From the NCBI GenBank assembly GCA_044229845.1, contig JBGASG010000001.1, positions 704,001-768,000 of the forward strand: a stretch of DNA of 64,000 nucleotides. Reading direction: 5' to 3'. A program made the translations under genes and the position numbers. This document shows, in pieces, positions 18,930 to 28,736 of the stretch. This DNA is from Candidatus Obscuribacteraceae bacterium. Its GTDB lineage: Bacteria > Cyanobacteriota > Vampirovibrionia > Obscuribacterales > Obscuribacteraceae. Positions within the stretch are counted from its first letter, which is position 1; every line of letters begins with the position of its first letter. The notes beneath the pieces were generated by a model, which ran no database searches, had not been told where the DNA came from, and was given only the letters and a program-made list of their open reading frames with translations.

Positions 18930-19481
18930 TCAGGAGAGCAAAAGGGCAATCTTGTTTACGACTTCCTGCGCTGAGAGGTCGGACGTGTCAATCTTATACC
19001 TCGCCCGCTCATAAACAGGCGCCCTTTCTTCAAGCAGTTGTTCCAGTCGGCGATAAGTCGGAGATTTATCGGAAGGCGGTGTTTCAGCCCCCTCAAGGGA
19101 TGAAATTGCAAGCAGAGGGCGACTTTCGCCAGTTTCTACCCTACCCTCCAGAACATCCAGGCGGGCTGCCAGATAGACAACAACGCCAAGGGCGAGCAGT
19201 TTGTCCATATTGTTTCCAAAAACCGGCAACCCGCCACCGGTTGAAAGGATATATGGGGATTTGGTCGGTGCATCGCCCAGGAGTGTATCGACCATTTCAG
19301 ACTCCATTTTGCGGAAAGTGCCTTCGCCGTGGCGGGCAAAAATTTCGGCTACTGTCATGCCGGCTGTTTCGGCAATCAGGTCGTCGATGTCGGTGAAAGT
19401 CCAACCCAATTTTTGCGCCAGGAGGGCGCCGCAGGTCGATTTGCCCGAACCGGGTGGACCTATCAGAATGACAGTCTGCAT
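18930..19481 (-). CDS. aroK: Shikimate kinase
   Basis: GPPGSGKST, DID, GEGTFRKME, STGGG, RPLL; start ATG 19481. Confidence 0.95.
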   Translation of the reverse strand: MQTVILIGPPGSGKSTCGALLAQKLGWTFTDIDDLIAETAGMTVAEIFARHGEGTFRKMESEMVDTLLGDAPTKSPYILSTGGGLPVFGNNMDKLLALGVVVYLAARLDVLEGRVETGESRPLLAISSLEGAETPPSDKSPTYRRLEQLLEERAPVYERARYKIDTSDLSAQEVVNKIALLLS

Positions 19482-19507
19482 GCTTGCGAAGGTCTTTCTA
19501 GGGCGGT

Positions 19508-20878
19508 TTAACCACCGGCCATGCCGACGCGCCGGTACGCCTCTTCTATTTTCACACGACAATCGCTGAGCTGAGGATTGAGGTTCTGAGCCAGCTTGAA
19601 CTCTTTAATGGCGGGCACGTAGCTGCGCATGTTGTAGAAGATCAGCCCCAGTCCGTAATGTGCAGATGCCATGTTGGGGTCAAGCTTGATGGCGCGCTGA
19701 AACTCGACCATTGCATCCGGCGTGTCACCCTGCAAGGAAAGCGAAGTGCCGAGATTGTTATGAGCGCGGGCGTTGTGTGGATCGTGCGCGACCGCATAAC
19801 GGAAAGTCTGAGTGGCTAGATCCAGGCGACCCTGTGCCGAATACAAATTGCCGAGATTGATGGCAGCTTCGGCTGAACGGGGATCGAGGTCGCTGGCGCG
19901 GGCGAAGGCTGCCGCTGCCTGTCCCGGCATTCCGAGCGCTTGATAGGTCAGTCCCAGGTTGTTATGCGTCTGTGCCGACTGTGGATTGAGCCGGGCGGCG
20001 GTTTCCAGCTCGTCAACCGCTTGCACATGGTTGTTGCCCATGGCCATCAACACACCCAGTTGGTGGTGAGCTAGGGCGACTGATTGATCCTGCTCCAGAA
20101 CTCGCCGGTAAGCCATCTCGGCTTCTGCGTAGCGCCTCTGACCCATGTAGCCTTCAGCTGCAGCCAGCGTTCTGGCGGTCTCGTGGGTCATGCGATGGGC
20201 GATTATCGTCCGCTGGGAGGCTGTGCCACCATCGAAAAGAACGCCTTCCTTATTGAGCGCATCCAGTTCAGCCAGCACTTTGTCGTGGGCTCCCCGCAGT
20301 TCGTACACACGAGCCAGGTTACTGTGGGCGGCGGTCAACTCTACATTGAATTGCGATGCTTCTAAAAGTGCAGCAGAAGCCTGTTCGGTCTGTCCCTGTT
20401 TCTTCAGCGTCGCCACACGATTGTTTGCCTGGGCTATCGAATCGCGGGCATTGGTGACCGCCCGGTGGAACGAAGCCACTGCCTGGTCCGTATCACCCAG
20501 ACTGAGGTAGACCAGTCCTAGCTTGTTGTGCAAAGCGGGATCGAAAGGCTTTTGTTTGAGCTGAGCAGTCAGTTTCTTCGCTGCTTGTTCGAGCAACTGC
20601 AGATTTTCCGCTGGGGCGGTCGCGGTCACCGGTGGCAATTGTCCACGTTGCGAACCCGCGGTTCGCGTCGGCGGCGCTTGAGGAGCAACTTGCTTCAGCC
20701 AGTTTTGACCTTGTTGCATCAGGTCGCCGACTGAAGGAATCAGGTTGTTGTTACCGGCAAAAAATCCAAATGGCAGGACAGGTACAGCTACAGCGGTTAT
20801 CACACCGGCAAATATGATCAAAAACCGGGATGCAGGCATCCGTCGTGGCGTCAGTGCGCTAACGTTTGATCGGGTCAT
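19508..20878 (-). CDS. Membrane-anchored TPR protein
   Basis: N-terminal TM, about 8 TPRs (HNKLG, HSNLA, HNNLG, AINLG). Confidence 0.9.
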   Translation of the reverse strand: MTRSNVSALTPRRMPASRFLIIFAGVITAVAVPVLPFGFFAGNNNLIPSVGDLMQQGQNWLKQVAPQAPPTRTAGSQRGQLPPVTATAPAENLQLLEQAAKKLTAQLKQKPFDPALHNKLGLVYLSLGDTDQAVASFHRAVTNARDSIAQANNRVATLKKQGQTEQASAALLEASQFNVELTAAHSNLARVYELRGAHDKVLAELDALNKEGVLFDGGTASQRTIIAHRMTHETARTLAAAEGYMGQRRYAEAEMAYRRVLEQDQSVALAHHQLGVLMAMGNNHVQAVDELETAARLNPQSAQTHNNLGLTYQALGMPGQAAAAFARASDLDPRSAEAAINLGNLYSAQGRLDLATQTFRYAVAHDPHNARAHNNLGTSLSLQGDTPDAMVEFQRAIKLDPNMASAHYGLGLIFYNMRSYVPAIKEFKLAQNLNPQLSDCRVKIEEAYRRVGMAGG

Positions 20879-20972
20879 CGAGCTGTGTAGATCCGCCTAA
20901 TGTAGAACAGAAGACTAAGGTGGAAGTCAGGAGTCGTCAATACGTAGAATCCACGTGAGGCCGCATTTTGGG

Positions 20973-21011
20973 GACAATTCGCAACAATGGCGTGATGACA
21001 ATCCGCAACAA
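20973..21011. promoter_or_regulatory. 15-bp direct repeat in divergent intergenic region, candidate operator
   Basis: GACAATTCGCAACAA (20973) and GACAATCCGCAACAA (20997), 24-bp period. Confidence 0.5.
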
Positions 21012-21055
21012 ATTTTTTGGAGTTAACATCTAGATAGGAATCCCGAGGTATCCCC

Positions 21056-21481
21056 ATGCCAGCAGCAGTCTCTACTCAAGAAAAAATCCGCCAGTTTCTG
21101 GCGGCGCCATCATATGCGGTCGTAGGCGCCAGCAACAATCCGCGTAAATGGAGTCACCGGTGCTACTCCTGCTACAAAGAGAAGAACCTGAAGACTTACG
21201 CAGTCAATCCGAATGAGACGACAGTGCTCGGTGATCCTACATATCCGGATCTGTTGTCGTTACCTGAAAAAGTAGAAGCGGTTTCGATTATCACACCACC
21301 GCCGGTGACTGAGAAAGTAATCGATGATGCCATTGCCAGTGGTGTCAAATTTGTGTGGATGCAACCGGGTGCCGAGAGCTTTGCAGCCGTACAAAAAGCT
21401 GAGGCAGCGGGGCTGACCGTCATCCACGGCGGCGCCTGCGTTCTTGTCGAACTAGGCTGGAGCGGCTTCGGTCTCGACTGA
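21056..21481 (+). CDS. CoA-binding protein (YccU family)
   Basis: AVVGAS..P.K, VNP, YPDL.SLP, VWMQPGAE, C.LV. Confidence 0.93.
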   Translation: MPAAVSTQEKIRQFLAAPSYAVVGASNNPRKWSHRCYSCYKEKNLKTYAVNPNETTVLGDPTYPDLLSLPEKVEAVSIITPPPVTEKVIDDAIASGVKFVWMQPGAESFAAVQKAEAAGLTVIHGGACVLVELGWSGFGLD

Positions 21482-21483
21482 GT

Positions 21484-22581
21484 TTACTTAGCCTTGAAGT
21501 ATAAGATGATCAAACCGACGGTGCCGATGGCGGCGTTTGGCAGCCAGGCGGCGACAATCGGCATCAGGCGTCCCGAGTCTCCCAGTGCGCCGGCGGTCGA
21601 TTGCAATACGTAATAGGCGAACACGATGACAGCCGAATAGATCAAACCGATGCTGCTTCGCGAACGTCTGGCCAGCAAGCCCAGTGGAGCTCCGGCTAGG
21701 GCGACGATCAAACAAGCAAGTGGTTGCGAGAACTTCTGGTAGAAACGCACTTCCAGGTCGCGCGTCACGGCGTTGCCTTTCTGCAGCAACTGAATGTAGT
21801 TGCCGAGCTCCGTGATGTTCATGTCTTTGGGCGCGATCTTCTGCGAGTCGAGCGCCTGCTGTGCGTTCTTGATACCGGGAATAACAAGGTTGTCGAACTG
21901 CAGAATTCGGGTGATATCGCTATCGCCTGATAAGACGTACGTTCGCCCTTTCTCCAGTACCCATTGACCGCGCGTCCAGGCACCACTGGCGGCACTAATG
22001 ATTTGCGTCAGTTTGTCGCGGGTGAAGTCTAGGATCAATATGTTGTACAGCTTCTGCCCGTTGTAATAGCCGATGTAGAAGACGCGGTTGAGTTTTAAGT
22101 CTTTGCCTCGTTCCATATAAGTAAAGTTGGCCTGACCGGCAGGTAACTCTGTTTTGAACAGAGCCACGAATTCCAGTTTCTTGGAAGTGCGGTTGGCGAC
22201 CGGCACCACATATTCGTTGATGCCGAACGAAACTGCGGACGTGATGATGCCGAACAAGAGCGGCGCCATCATGATGCGGTAAAAACTGATGCCGCTGGTG
22301 CGCAACGCGATGATTTCGGAATCGCCGGACAATCTATTGAATACCAGCAAGGTACCGAGTAGCACCCCGATTGGAATCGTCATGACGATCACTTCGGGCA
22401 GGTGCAATCCCAGAATGGTGAACGCCAGATGCGGCGGCACGCCGGCTTGCATGATCAGTTTGAAGATCGTCTTCAGCTGGTCGGCACCGAAGTAGACGCC
22501 GGTGACGATACCGATACCGAATAACAATGGCTGCCAGAACTCGTTAGCGATGTAACTGTCCAGCATCTTGATGCCGATCAT
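21484..22581 (-). CDS. lptF: LPS export permease LptF/LptG family
   Basis: LD.YI..E...P, RLSGDSEIIALRTSGIS, QKFSQPLACL, AAWLPN; F vs G not resolved. Confidence 0.9.
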   Translation of the reverse strand: MIGIKMLDSYIANEFWQPLLFGIGIVTGVYFGADQLKTIFKLIMQAGVPPHLAFTILGLHLPEVIVMTIPIGVLLGTLLVFNRLSGDSEIIALRTSGISFYRIMMAPLLFGIITSAVSFGINEYVVPVANRTSKKLEFVALFKTELPAGQANFTYMERGKDLKLNRVFYIGYYNGQKLYNILILDFTRDKLTQIISAASGAWTRGQWVLEKGRTYVLSGDSDITRILQFDNLVIPGIKNAQQALDSQKIAPKDMNITELGNYIQLLQKGNAVTRDLEVRFYQKFSQPLACLIVALAGAPLGLLARRSRSSIGLIYSAVIVFAYYVLQSTAGALGDSGRLMPIVAAWLPNAAIGTVGLIILYFKAK

Positions 22582-23297
22582 AACGAGAAATCCTCACCGA
22601 GGTATTGCTTGCGCGCCACCGGATCGTTCGCCACTTCGTAGGACGAGCCGGCGACCAGAATTTTGCCCTGGTCGATGAGATAAGCGCGGTCAGTGATCTT
22701 AAGAGTTGCTCTGGGGTTGTGGTCTGTGAGCAAAACGCCCAGATTGAATTCGTTGCGCAGACGGCGAATCAAAACTTGAATGTCTGCGATAGAAATCGGG
22801 TCGATCCCGGTAAACGGTTCATCCAACAAGATAAAACGCGGATCGCTGGCCAGGCAGCGGGCGATTTCCAGACGGCGACGTTCACCGCCGGAGAGCTGCA
22901 CTGCCATGATGTGTTCGAGGTGATCCAGCCCGAACTGGCCGAGCAGTTCCATGGCGCGAGCTCTTTGTTTCGAACGGGAAAAGCCGCGCAACTCGAGAAT
23001 CATGCGCAGGTTGTCGTAGACCGACAGTTTACGAAACACCGAGGCTTCTTGCGGCAGATAGCTGAGACCTCTGCGGCAGCGAATGTGAATCGCTTCCTTC
23101 GAAATTTCTTTGCCATCCAGAGTGATGCGTCCCTTTTCCGGTTTCACCAGTCCCAGCACCATGTCGAACGACGTGGTTTTGCCGGCGCCGTTTCTGCCCA
23201 GAAGACCGACGACTTCGCCGGCTTTGACATCGAAGCTGACGCCGTCGACCACACGTCGCCCGCCGTAGCTTTTCTGTAATCGGTCGACAACGATCAT
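22578..23297 (-). CDS. lptB: LPS export ABC ATPase
   Basis: GLLGRNGAGKTT, YLPQEASVFRKL, LSGGERRRLEIAR, LLDEPF.GIDP, YLGEDF. Confidence 0.95.
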   Translation of the reverse strand: MIVVDRLQKSYGGRRVVDGVSFDVKAGEVVGLLGRNGAGKTTSFDMVLGLVKPEKGRITLDGKEISKEAIHIRCRRGLSYLPQEASVFRKLSVYDNLRMILELRGFSRSKQRARAMELLGQFGLDHLEHIMAVQLSGGERRRLEIARCLASDPRFILLDEPFTGIDPISIADIQVLIRRLRNEFNLGVLLTDHNPRATLKITDRAYLIDQGKILVAGSSYEVANDPVARKQYLGEDFSL

Positions 23298-23327
23298 AAT
23301 CGCGCCTCTGAAGGAATCCGAACTGAA

Positions 23328-24569
23328 CTAGAGTTTCTTCACGCGCTGGTCGTCAGCCATGCGTGTGTTGTTTGAGAACGGCACCACCGGCGTTGTCGCC
23401 GGTGCCGATTTAGTTGGAGTTTGCAGAATGAATGCTTTGGTATTGCCGGTGGCGACTACCTTATGTTCGGCAACAACAAAAGTGATGGCGTCGGCAATCC
23501 AGCGTCGTCCGGTCTGCGAAATTTGAGAACGTCCAATGAAGTAGACCTTCTCGGCTTTGCCTTCCATGTTGCGGATCAGAATGACTTTTGGTCCGGCTCC
23601 AATAGTGTCCTGGTAATACACCTTCACCGAGCCGGTAGCAGTCATCTTGCCCGTATCTTTGGAGTAATCCTGGGCATCGGACGTGATGATAATCGTTTCG
23701 TCCTGGTCCTGTTTGTTGCTCGAAGCTGCACCGGATGTGGTGGCAGGGACCGCTGCCGATGCGGAGACTGGTTTAGCCATAGCGATCGGCAAACCGCCCG
23801 TATCGAGGAAGGACATTTTCTTCGGTTGGCCTTTCTCGTCTTTCTTCTCCTGGATGACTTTCGACTTGACGTTGCCCGTCGCTTGCAGGCGTTGTGTCGA
23901 GAGGAAGTAAGTCATCGTATCGGCTGACGTGGTGTTTCTTCCTTGCTGCGCTGCGACGTGACCGGTGAACACAGCGGTCTCGGGTTTCTGGTCGGCACCG
24001 TACACCAGCTGCAGGCGGTCTGAGTTGACTTTGATGTCGCCGTGATTGACGCGCACGTGACCGACGGCTTCGAACTTGCCGCCCAGCTTGTCGTATTCCT
24101 GGCGATCCGAGTCAGTAATGATTTTGCTCGGTGCTTTCGGCTTCGATTCGCCGCCGTCACCACCCGCGGTATCATCACCTTTGGAAATTACTTCCGAGTG
24201 CGCATTGCCTTCGGCAATTACTTTCGAGCCGGCAATGTCGAAGGTGAGCACGGCGGCGTCGATGTTGTTGGTGCCCTGGGTGAGATGCGGATGTCCGGTG
24301 AACACCGCGCGTTGCGGGTTGCCGCCCGGGTCGCGGCTGAGCACAGCCATGGGACCGGTGATGACGCTGTCTTTGTAGAGCACGCGCACGTTGCCTTTGG
24401 CAATTACGGAATCACCGGCGAACTCTTGTTCGTCCGCGTGAATATCGATCGGTCCACTTGGTGCGCTGTTGTCGAATTGAGCTTGAGCCGAACGCAGTCC
24501 GATGGTGGCAAGGGCGACTGCGCAGAGCGCGACGGTGGTCCAATTTCGTTGAAGATGGGAGATTCTCAT
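23328..24569 (-). CDS. lptA: LptA/OstA-family periplasmic protein with three beta-jellyroll repeats
   Basis: Signal peptide; three units I.(A/S)D.Q(E/D)..A.G.V.V...AVFTG...A.GN; position between lptC and lptB. Confidence 0.85.
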   Translation of the reverse strand: MRISHLQRNWTTVALCAVALATIGLRSAQAQFDNSAPSGPIDIHADEQEFAGDSVIAKGNVRVLYKDSVITGPMAVLSRDPGGNPQRAVFTGHPHLTQGTNNIDAAVLTFDIAGSKVIAEGNAHSEVISKGDDTAGGDGGESKPKAPSKIITDSDRQEYDKLGGKFEAVGHVRVNHGDIKVNSDRLQLVYGADQKPETAVFTGHVAAQQGRNTTSADTMTYFLSTQRLQATGNVKSKVIQEKKDEKGQPKKMSFLDTGGLPIAMAKPVSASAAVPATTSGAASSNKQDQDETIIITSDAQDYSKDTGKMTATGSVKVYYQDTIGAGPKVILIRNMEGKAEKVYFIGRSQISQTGRRWIADAITFVVAEHKVVATGNTKAFILQTPTKSAPATTPVVPFSNNTRMADDQRVKKL

Positions 24570-24588
24570 AAATTCCGATTGCTCGTTT

Positions 24589-25197
24589 CTATTGCACGGT
24601 GATTACTGCGTGTGTGTTGCCGACGATTTTGAAATTCTTCGGTCCGCCGCCGCTCAAATCGACCTTTCCGGAGGCTGAATCTCCTGTAACCTTCGCCACT
24701 CCGGGATATTCGATGATAACACCCCCCGTAGCCAAGAACTGGTTGTTTCTATTTAATTCCACTTGTTTAGCCTGGAAACGGTTCTTGCCGCCGTCGCCTT
24801 CAGCAAGCACCAGATCCTTATCTTTCGACAGCATCTTGACATTGCGAGTGGTCTCGTCGGCTTCGCCGCGAGGGGCATGAATGCGCGCTTTCAGCGTCTT
24901 GCCGTCGAAGTACGATACGGTGACGTCATCGAGTTCGACAAACTTTGTTTCAGGATTCAGCTTGCCTTTTTTCGAGATTAACGCCCAGCGCGTCTGGTTG
25001 GTACCATCGACTTCCTTGAGCGTGTAATCCTTCACCTCAAGCGCCGTCGCAGTCGGATGTTCCTTTTGTTCTTTTTTGTATTCTTCGACTTCGATTTTCG
25101 CTGCTTGTTGCGAATAGACGAAAAACCAGGCGATTAAACCTGGAATAGCCAGGGCAATGCCGACTTTTACGAGGCTGCGGACAGATGGAAGTTGCAC
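24589..25197 (-). CDS. lptC: LPS export protein LptC
   Basis: Single N-terminal TM followed by beta-rich domain (TL.E.D...RW.L.S..G); first of the lpt genes. Confidence 0.75.
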   Translation of the reverse strand: MQLPSVRSLVKVGIALAIPGLIAWFFVYSQQAAKIEVEEYKKEQKEHPTATALEVKDYTLKEVDGTNQTRWALISKKGKLNPETKFVELDDVTVSYFDGKTLKARIHAPRGEADETTRNVKMLSKDKDLVLAEGDGGKNRFQAKQVELNRNNQFLATGGVIIEYPGVAKVTGDSASGKVDLSGGGPKNFKIVGNTHAVITVQ

Positions 25198-25234
25198 GGA
25201 CCTGGTGGCTCCTTCTAGAGATCCTTTTTGAAAG

Positions 25235-26467
25235 CTAGTTGCCTAGCGCGCGCAGAGCGACTGCTTTGGAAACGTGATTCAGCGATTCCTTCAGGTTACC
25301 CTGTTTCAGGTAACCTTCGCCCAGGAAGAAATAGGCTGCCGGATTATTAGGATATTCTTTCTTGCAACGAGTCCAGGTGTTCATTGCTTCGGTGAGGTCG
25401 CCTGTGTACTCGGCTTTCAGATGCGCCCGATAAACGATCGCCCACACATCGTGCGGTTTGTTGGCCAGCATTTCGTCGAGTTTCTGCAAAGCCATCTCAT
25501 AGTATTTCTTGACTTCCGAAACATCCTGGGGCTCGCATTGTTCCATGGGTGTAGGAATACGCAGCTTGTCAGTAGACATTGATCCGTTGGTCAGACCGGC
25601 GACTGCGCCCAGCAGTTTTCCCAGTCCAGAGGTGTCGCCACCGATATTGAGTGGTACCGCAACTGGTGCGGCAGGCGCAGTTTGTGCGGCAGCCACTGCC
25701 GGGGCCGGTGTCGTCGCTGGTGCCGGTGCATTGGTCACCGCCGCCGGTGCCGGTGTCTGGGCTTGCGCCTGGGCGGCTTGCGCGGCGGCTATTTTGGCGG
25801 CCAGTTCTGGATTGGCGCGTTTCCAAATAGCACTGCGCTTGGAATACTTAGCAATCGCGTAAGCCTTCATGTAATAGGCCCACGCCAGGTGATAGCGAAC
25901 GCGGTCTTCGTTCGGGAAGTTCTTGAGCATGGCCTCGTAGGTTTCGATCATTTTGTCGAAATAAGCGGGACCGCCCTTGCCTTCAGCCAGTTTGCGGGCG
26001 CGGCGCACTTCTTTCAGTGCATCTTCGACGCGGCTGGTGCGGGTCAAATTGACTGCATAGATAAAGGATGCTTCCGGGCTGTCGGGATAGGCTTGCACCT
26101 GTTTGGTGGCAATATTGATATCGTCTGTGGGTTGAATGTCCTCTACATCGGTATCGGTGGAGAGGGTCTGACCGGGCTTCCACATCACTTTGCCGCCCAC
26201 GTTCGGGGTGACGGCGTCGTCATCGTCGGATGCGGCGGACAGCGCCTTCAACGCGCTGGCGGGTGAGGCGGACGGTGCATCTGGTGCGCTCTGGGTGGCG
26301 GTCGTCGTCGCCGGTGTCGCCGTCGTAGCGGACGCAGCGGTAGCTGTGGCAGCCGGGTCGGCGGCGGGAGCCGCGAGCTGGCACTGCGCGACGAATGAGA
26401 CTGCCAGCATCAAGCTGAAGCTGCGGGCTGTGACAAACCGACTGATTGCGGCTGAAGGCGTGGTCAT
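25235..26467 (-). CDS. Secreted TPR-like protein with Ala/Pro/Thr-rich linkers
   Basis: AGGAAGG RBS before ATG 26467; signal-like segment; AAYFFLGEGYLKQGNLKES TPR. Confidence 0.8.
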   Translation of the reverse strand: MTTPSAAISRFVTARSFSLMLAVSFVAQCQLAAPAADPAATATAASATTATPATTTATQSAPDAPSASPASALKALSAASDDDDAVTPNVGGKVMWKPGQTLSTDTDVEDIQPTDDINIATKQVQAYPDSPEASFIYAVNLTRTSRVEDALKEVRRARKLAEGKGGPAYFDKMIETYEAMLKNFPNEDRVRYHLAWAYYMKAYAIAKYSKRSAIWKRANPELAAKIAAAQAAQAQAQTPAPAAVTNAPAPATTPAPAVAAAQTAPAAPVAVPLNIGGDTSGLGKLLGAVAGLTNGSMSTDKLRIPTPMEQCEPQDVSEVKKYYEMALQKLDEMLANKPHDVWAIVYRAHLKAEYTGDLTEAMNTWTRCKKEYPNNPAAYFFLGEGYLKQGNLKESLNHVSKAVALRALGN

Positions 26468-26671
26468 GGGTAATTCCTTCCTGTGGCGAAGCATGCAAGG
26501 GACAGGTTGAGACGCTCAAAACGCTCACTGCGACTGCATCCACGCAGGTTGCAATTATGTGGGTCTGATCATAGCAGACGACCACTTTCGCTCTTGTGTT
26601 GCCGCGATCAGGAAGTCAATGTATGAGAAAACTCTCTTGCAGGTTAATTCTTGCTTGGCAACGCGAAAATC

Positions 26672-27331
26672 CTAACTGGCCCTGCCATTCAAGATTAATG
26701 GGGTAACTTCATCGAGGCTGCTCACAATGTGACGAGGTTGCGATTTTTCAAGCAACTCGCGCGTGTGAATGCCGGTAGTCACTCCAATCGCATCGGCGCC
26801 CGCGTTGCGAGCCATGTCGAGGTCGAACGACGAGTCACCAATGACGACAGTCTGTGCAATCGGGATATTGAGGTCTTTTACCGTGCGCAAAACCGACTCC
26901 GGGTGCGGCTTGTGGTGTTCGACATCCTGAGCACCGACCACCATTTTGAAATACTGCGAGAGGTTGTGGTGCTCGAGCACCGTGTCGATCAAGTTGCGGC
27001 GCTTCGAAGACGCTATGGACATGAAGACATCGCGCTCATGCAGCCGCTCGAGCATGTCGCGAAGTCCCGGAAACAATGGGCAGATCTCGATGGTTTTGGT
27101 GTCGTAGATAGCGCGATAGCGGTTGGCCAGCTCGGCATGAAACTCCGGTGTCTTCTCGGGAAAGAGGATCTCGGCTTGTCTCAAGAGCGGAACCCCAATC
27201 AGAAGACTCCACTGCTGCAAGAGTTCGTCGCCCAGGTTGTATTCGATGACGACGTCGCGCATGACGTCTACGATTCCGGGCGCGGAATCGACGAGCGTCC
27301 CATCGAAGTCGAAGATCGCTAGTTTGTACAA
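26672..27331 (-). CDS. HAD-family phosphatase (Gph/PpaX-like)
   Basis: FDFDGTLVDS, KPHPE, IGDS.FD..MA. Confidence 0.93.
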   Translation of the reverse strand: MYKLAIFDFDGTLVDSAPGIVDVMRDVVIEYNLGDELLQQWSLLIGVPLLRQAEILFPEKTPEFHAELANRYRAIYDTKTIEICPLFPGLRDMLERLHERDVFMSIASSKRRNLIDTVLEHHNLSQYFKMVVGAQDVEHHKPHPESVLRTVKDLNIPIAQTVVIGDSSFDLDMARNAGADAIGVTTGIHTRELLEKSQPRHIVSSLDEVTPLILNGRAS

Positions 27332-27332
27332 A

Positions 27333-28463
27333 TTAGACGCCTACTTTCTGAGTCTCTATGAGGTTTTTGAATCGCTCGAACAAGTAATTGGCATCGGACG
27401 GTCCGGGGCTAGATTCCGGGTGGTATTGCACGCAGAACACCGGCAGGTGTTTGTGCTTGAAACCTTCGACGCTTTTGTCGTTCAAGTTGATATGGGTGAG
27501 TTCCAGGTCTTCCGGCAACGAGCTCTCGTCGACGGCAAAACCGTGATTCTGGCAGGTGATCTCCACTTTGCCGGTGGTCATGTCCATAACCGGCTGGTTG
27601 CCGCCACGATGTCCAAACTTGAGTTTGTAAGTGGTGGCACCAAAGGCCAATGCCAGAAGTTGATGACCGAGACAGATGCCGAACGTCGGGAGGCGAGCTT
27701 CCAGCAGGGACGGCAGCTCCGCAAGCACGTCCGTGCAGGCAGCCGGATCGCCTGGTCCGTTGGACAGGAACAGAGCATCGGGTTTGGTTGCGAGTATGTC
27801 TTTGGCCTTGGCGGTTGCCGGGAAGACAGTCAGTTCAAAACCTTGTTTGGACAGATTGTCGAGGATGCTTTGCTTGACACCGAAATCCATGACCGCCACT
27901 TTGTAAGGCGGAGACTTGGGCTTTGAGCCGGTTGCCGGTTCCATTTTGAAAGTCTCCGGCGTCGTCACTTCGCGGGTGTAGTCGGCACCCGTCATCTGCG
28001 GTGAATTCTGTGCCACCGCGATCAGCTCTGCCGGATCGAGAATCTCTGTGGAGATGGCGCAACGCATGGCGCCTTTGTCTCGGATGTGTTTGGTGATTGC
28101 TCTTGTATCGACATCGTATATGCCGAGCACCTTGTGTTGGGCAAGAAATTGCGGCAGCGAGTGGGATGCGCGCCAGTTGCTGTGCCTGCGGCTCAGGTGC
28201 CGAATCACCAGTCCCCGAGCGAAAACCTTCTTTGATTCCAGGTCGCCCTGGTTGGTTCCGTAATTGCCTATCTCAGGATATGTAAGCGTCACCACCTGAC
28301 CGGCATAGCTTGGATCGGTGAGTATTTCCTGATATCCCGTCATGCTGGTGTTGAACACCAGTTCGCCGGTTACCGTTCCAGGATGCCCGAAGCCGATGCC
28401 CAGGAAGGTGCGACCGTCTTCAAGTGCCAGTAAGCAAGGCGTATGACTCAATCCTGCGCTCAT
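27333..28463 (-). CDS. carA: Carbamoyl-phosphate synthase small subunit
   Basis: GELVFNTSMTGYQEILTDPSY, LSNGPGDP, GICLGHQ, VQYHPE. Confidence 0.97.
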   Translation of the reverse strand: MSAGLSHTPCLLALEDGRTFLGIGFGHPGTVTGELVFNTSMTGYQEILTDPSYAGQVVTLTYPEIGNYGTNQGDLESKKVFARGLVIRHLSRRHSNWRASHSLPQFLAQHKVLGIYDVDTRAITKHIRDKGAMRCAISTEILDPAELIAVAQNSPQMTGADYTREVTTPETFKMEPATGSKPKSPPYKVAVMDFGVKQSILDNLSKQGFELTVFPATAKAKDILATKPDALFLSNGPGDPAACTDVLAELPSLLEARLPTFGICLGHQLLALAFGATTYKLKFGHRGGNQPVMDMTTGKVEITCQNHGFAVDESSLPEDLELTHINLNDKSVEGFKHKHLPVFCVQYHPESSPGPSDANYLFERFKNLIETQKVGV

Positions 28464-28736
28464 TAAAGAATGGCGACTCCGTACAAGTAAAGTAGATAGT
28501 TGTAAGAGAAATCGTACGGTAAATAGCCGCTTTCTGTCGAGGAAGCGTGACCATTGCCCGCAATGCGCCGTTGCAAAATGGAGACAGCGGCTGGTTTCTC
28601 AGCTCTTTGCTATCTCATTGAAGAGTTTTAAATATTCCTGTTTGAAGTATGGCGCTCGCGTCAGGCAATTAGGGTGCGCGCCTCTGTAGAATTACTCTGG
28701 TTTCTTATATCCAATAGCAAGGCAGTCTTTTTCGAA

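Noticed and set aside
28464..28640. Possible PyrR attenuator upstream of carA
   Set aside because: Some pairing (AGCCGCT/AGCGGCT) but no PyrR binding-loop consensus and no clear terminator.
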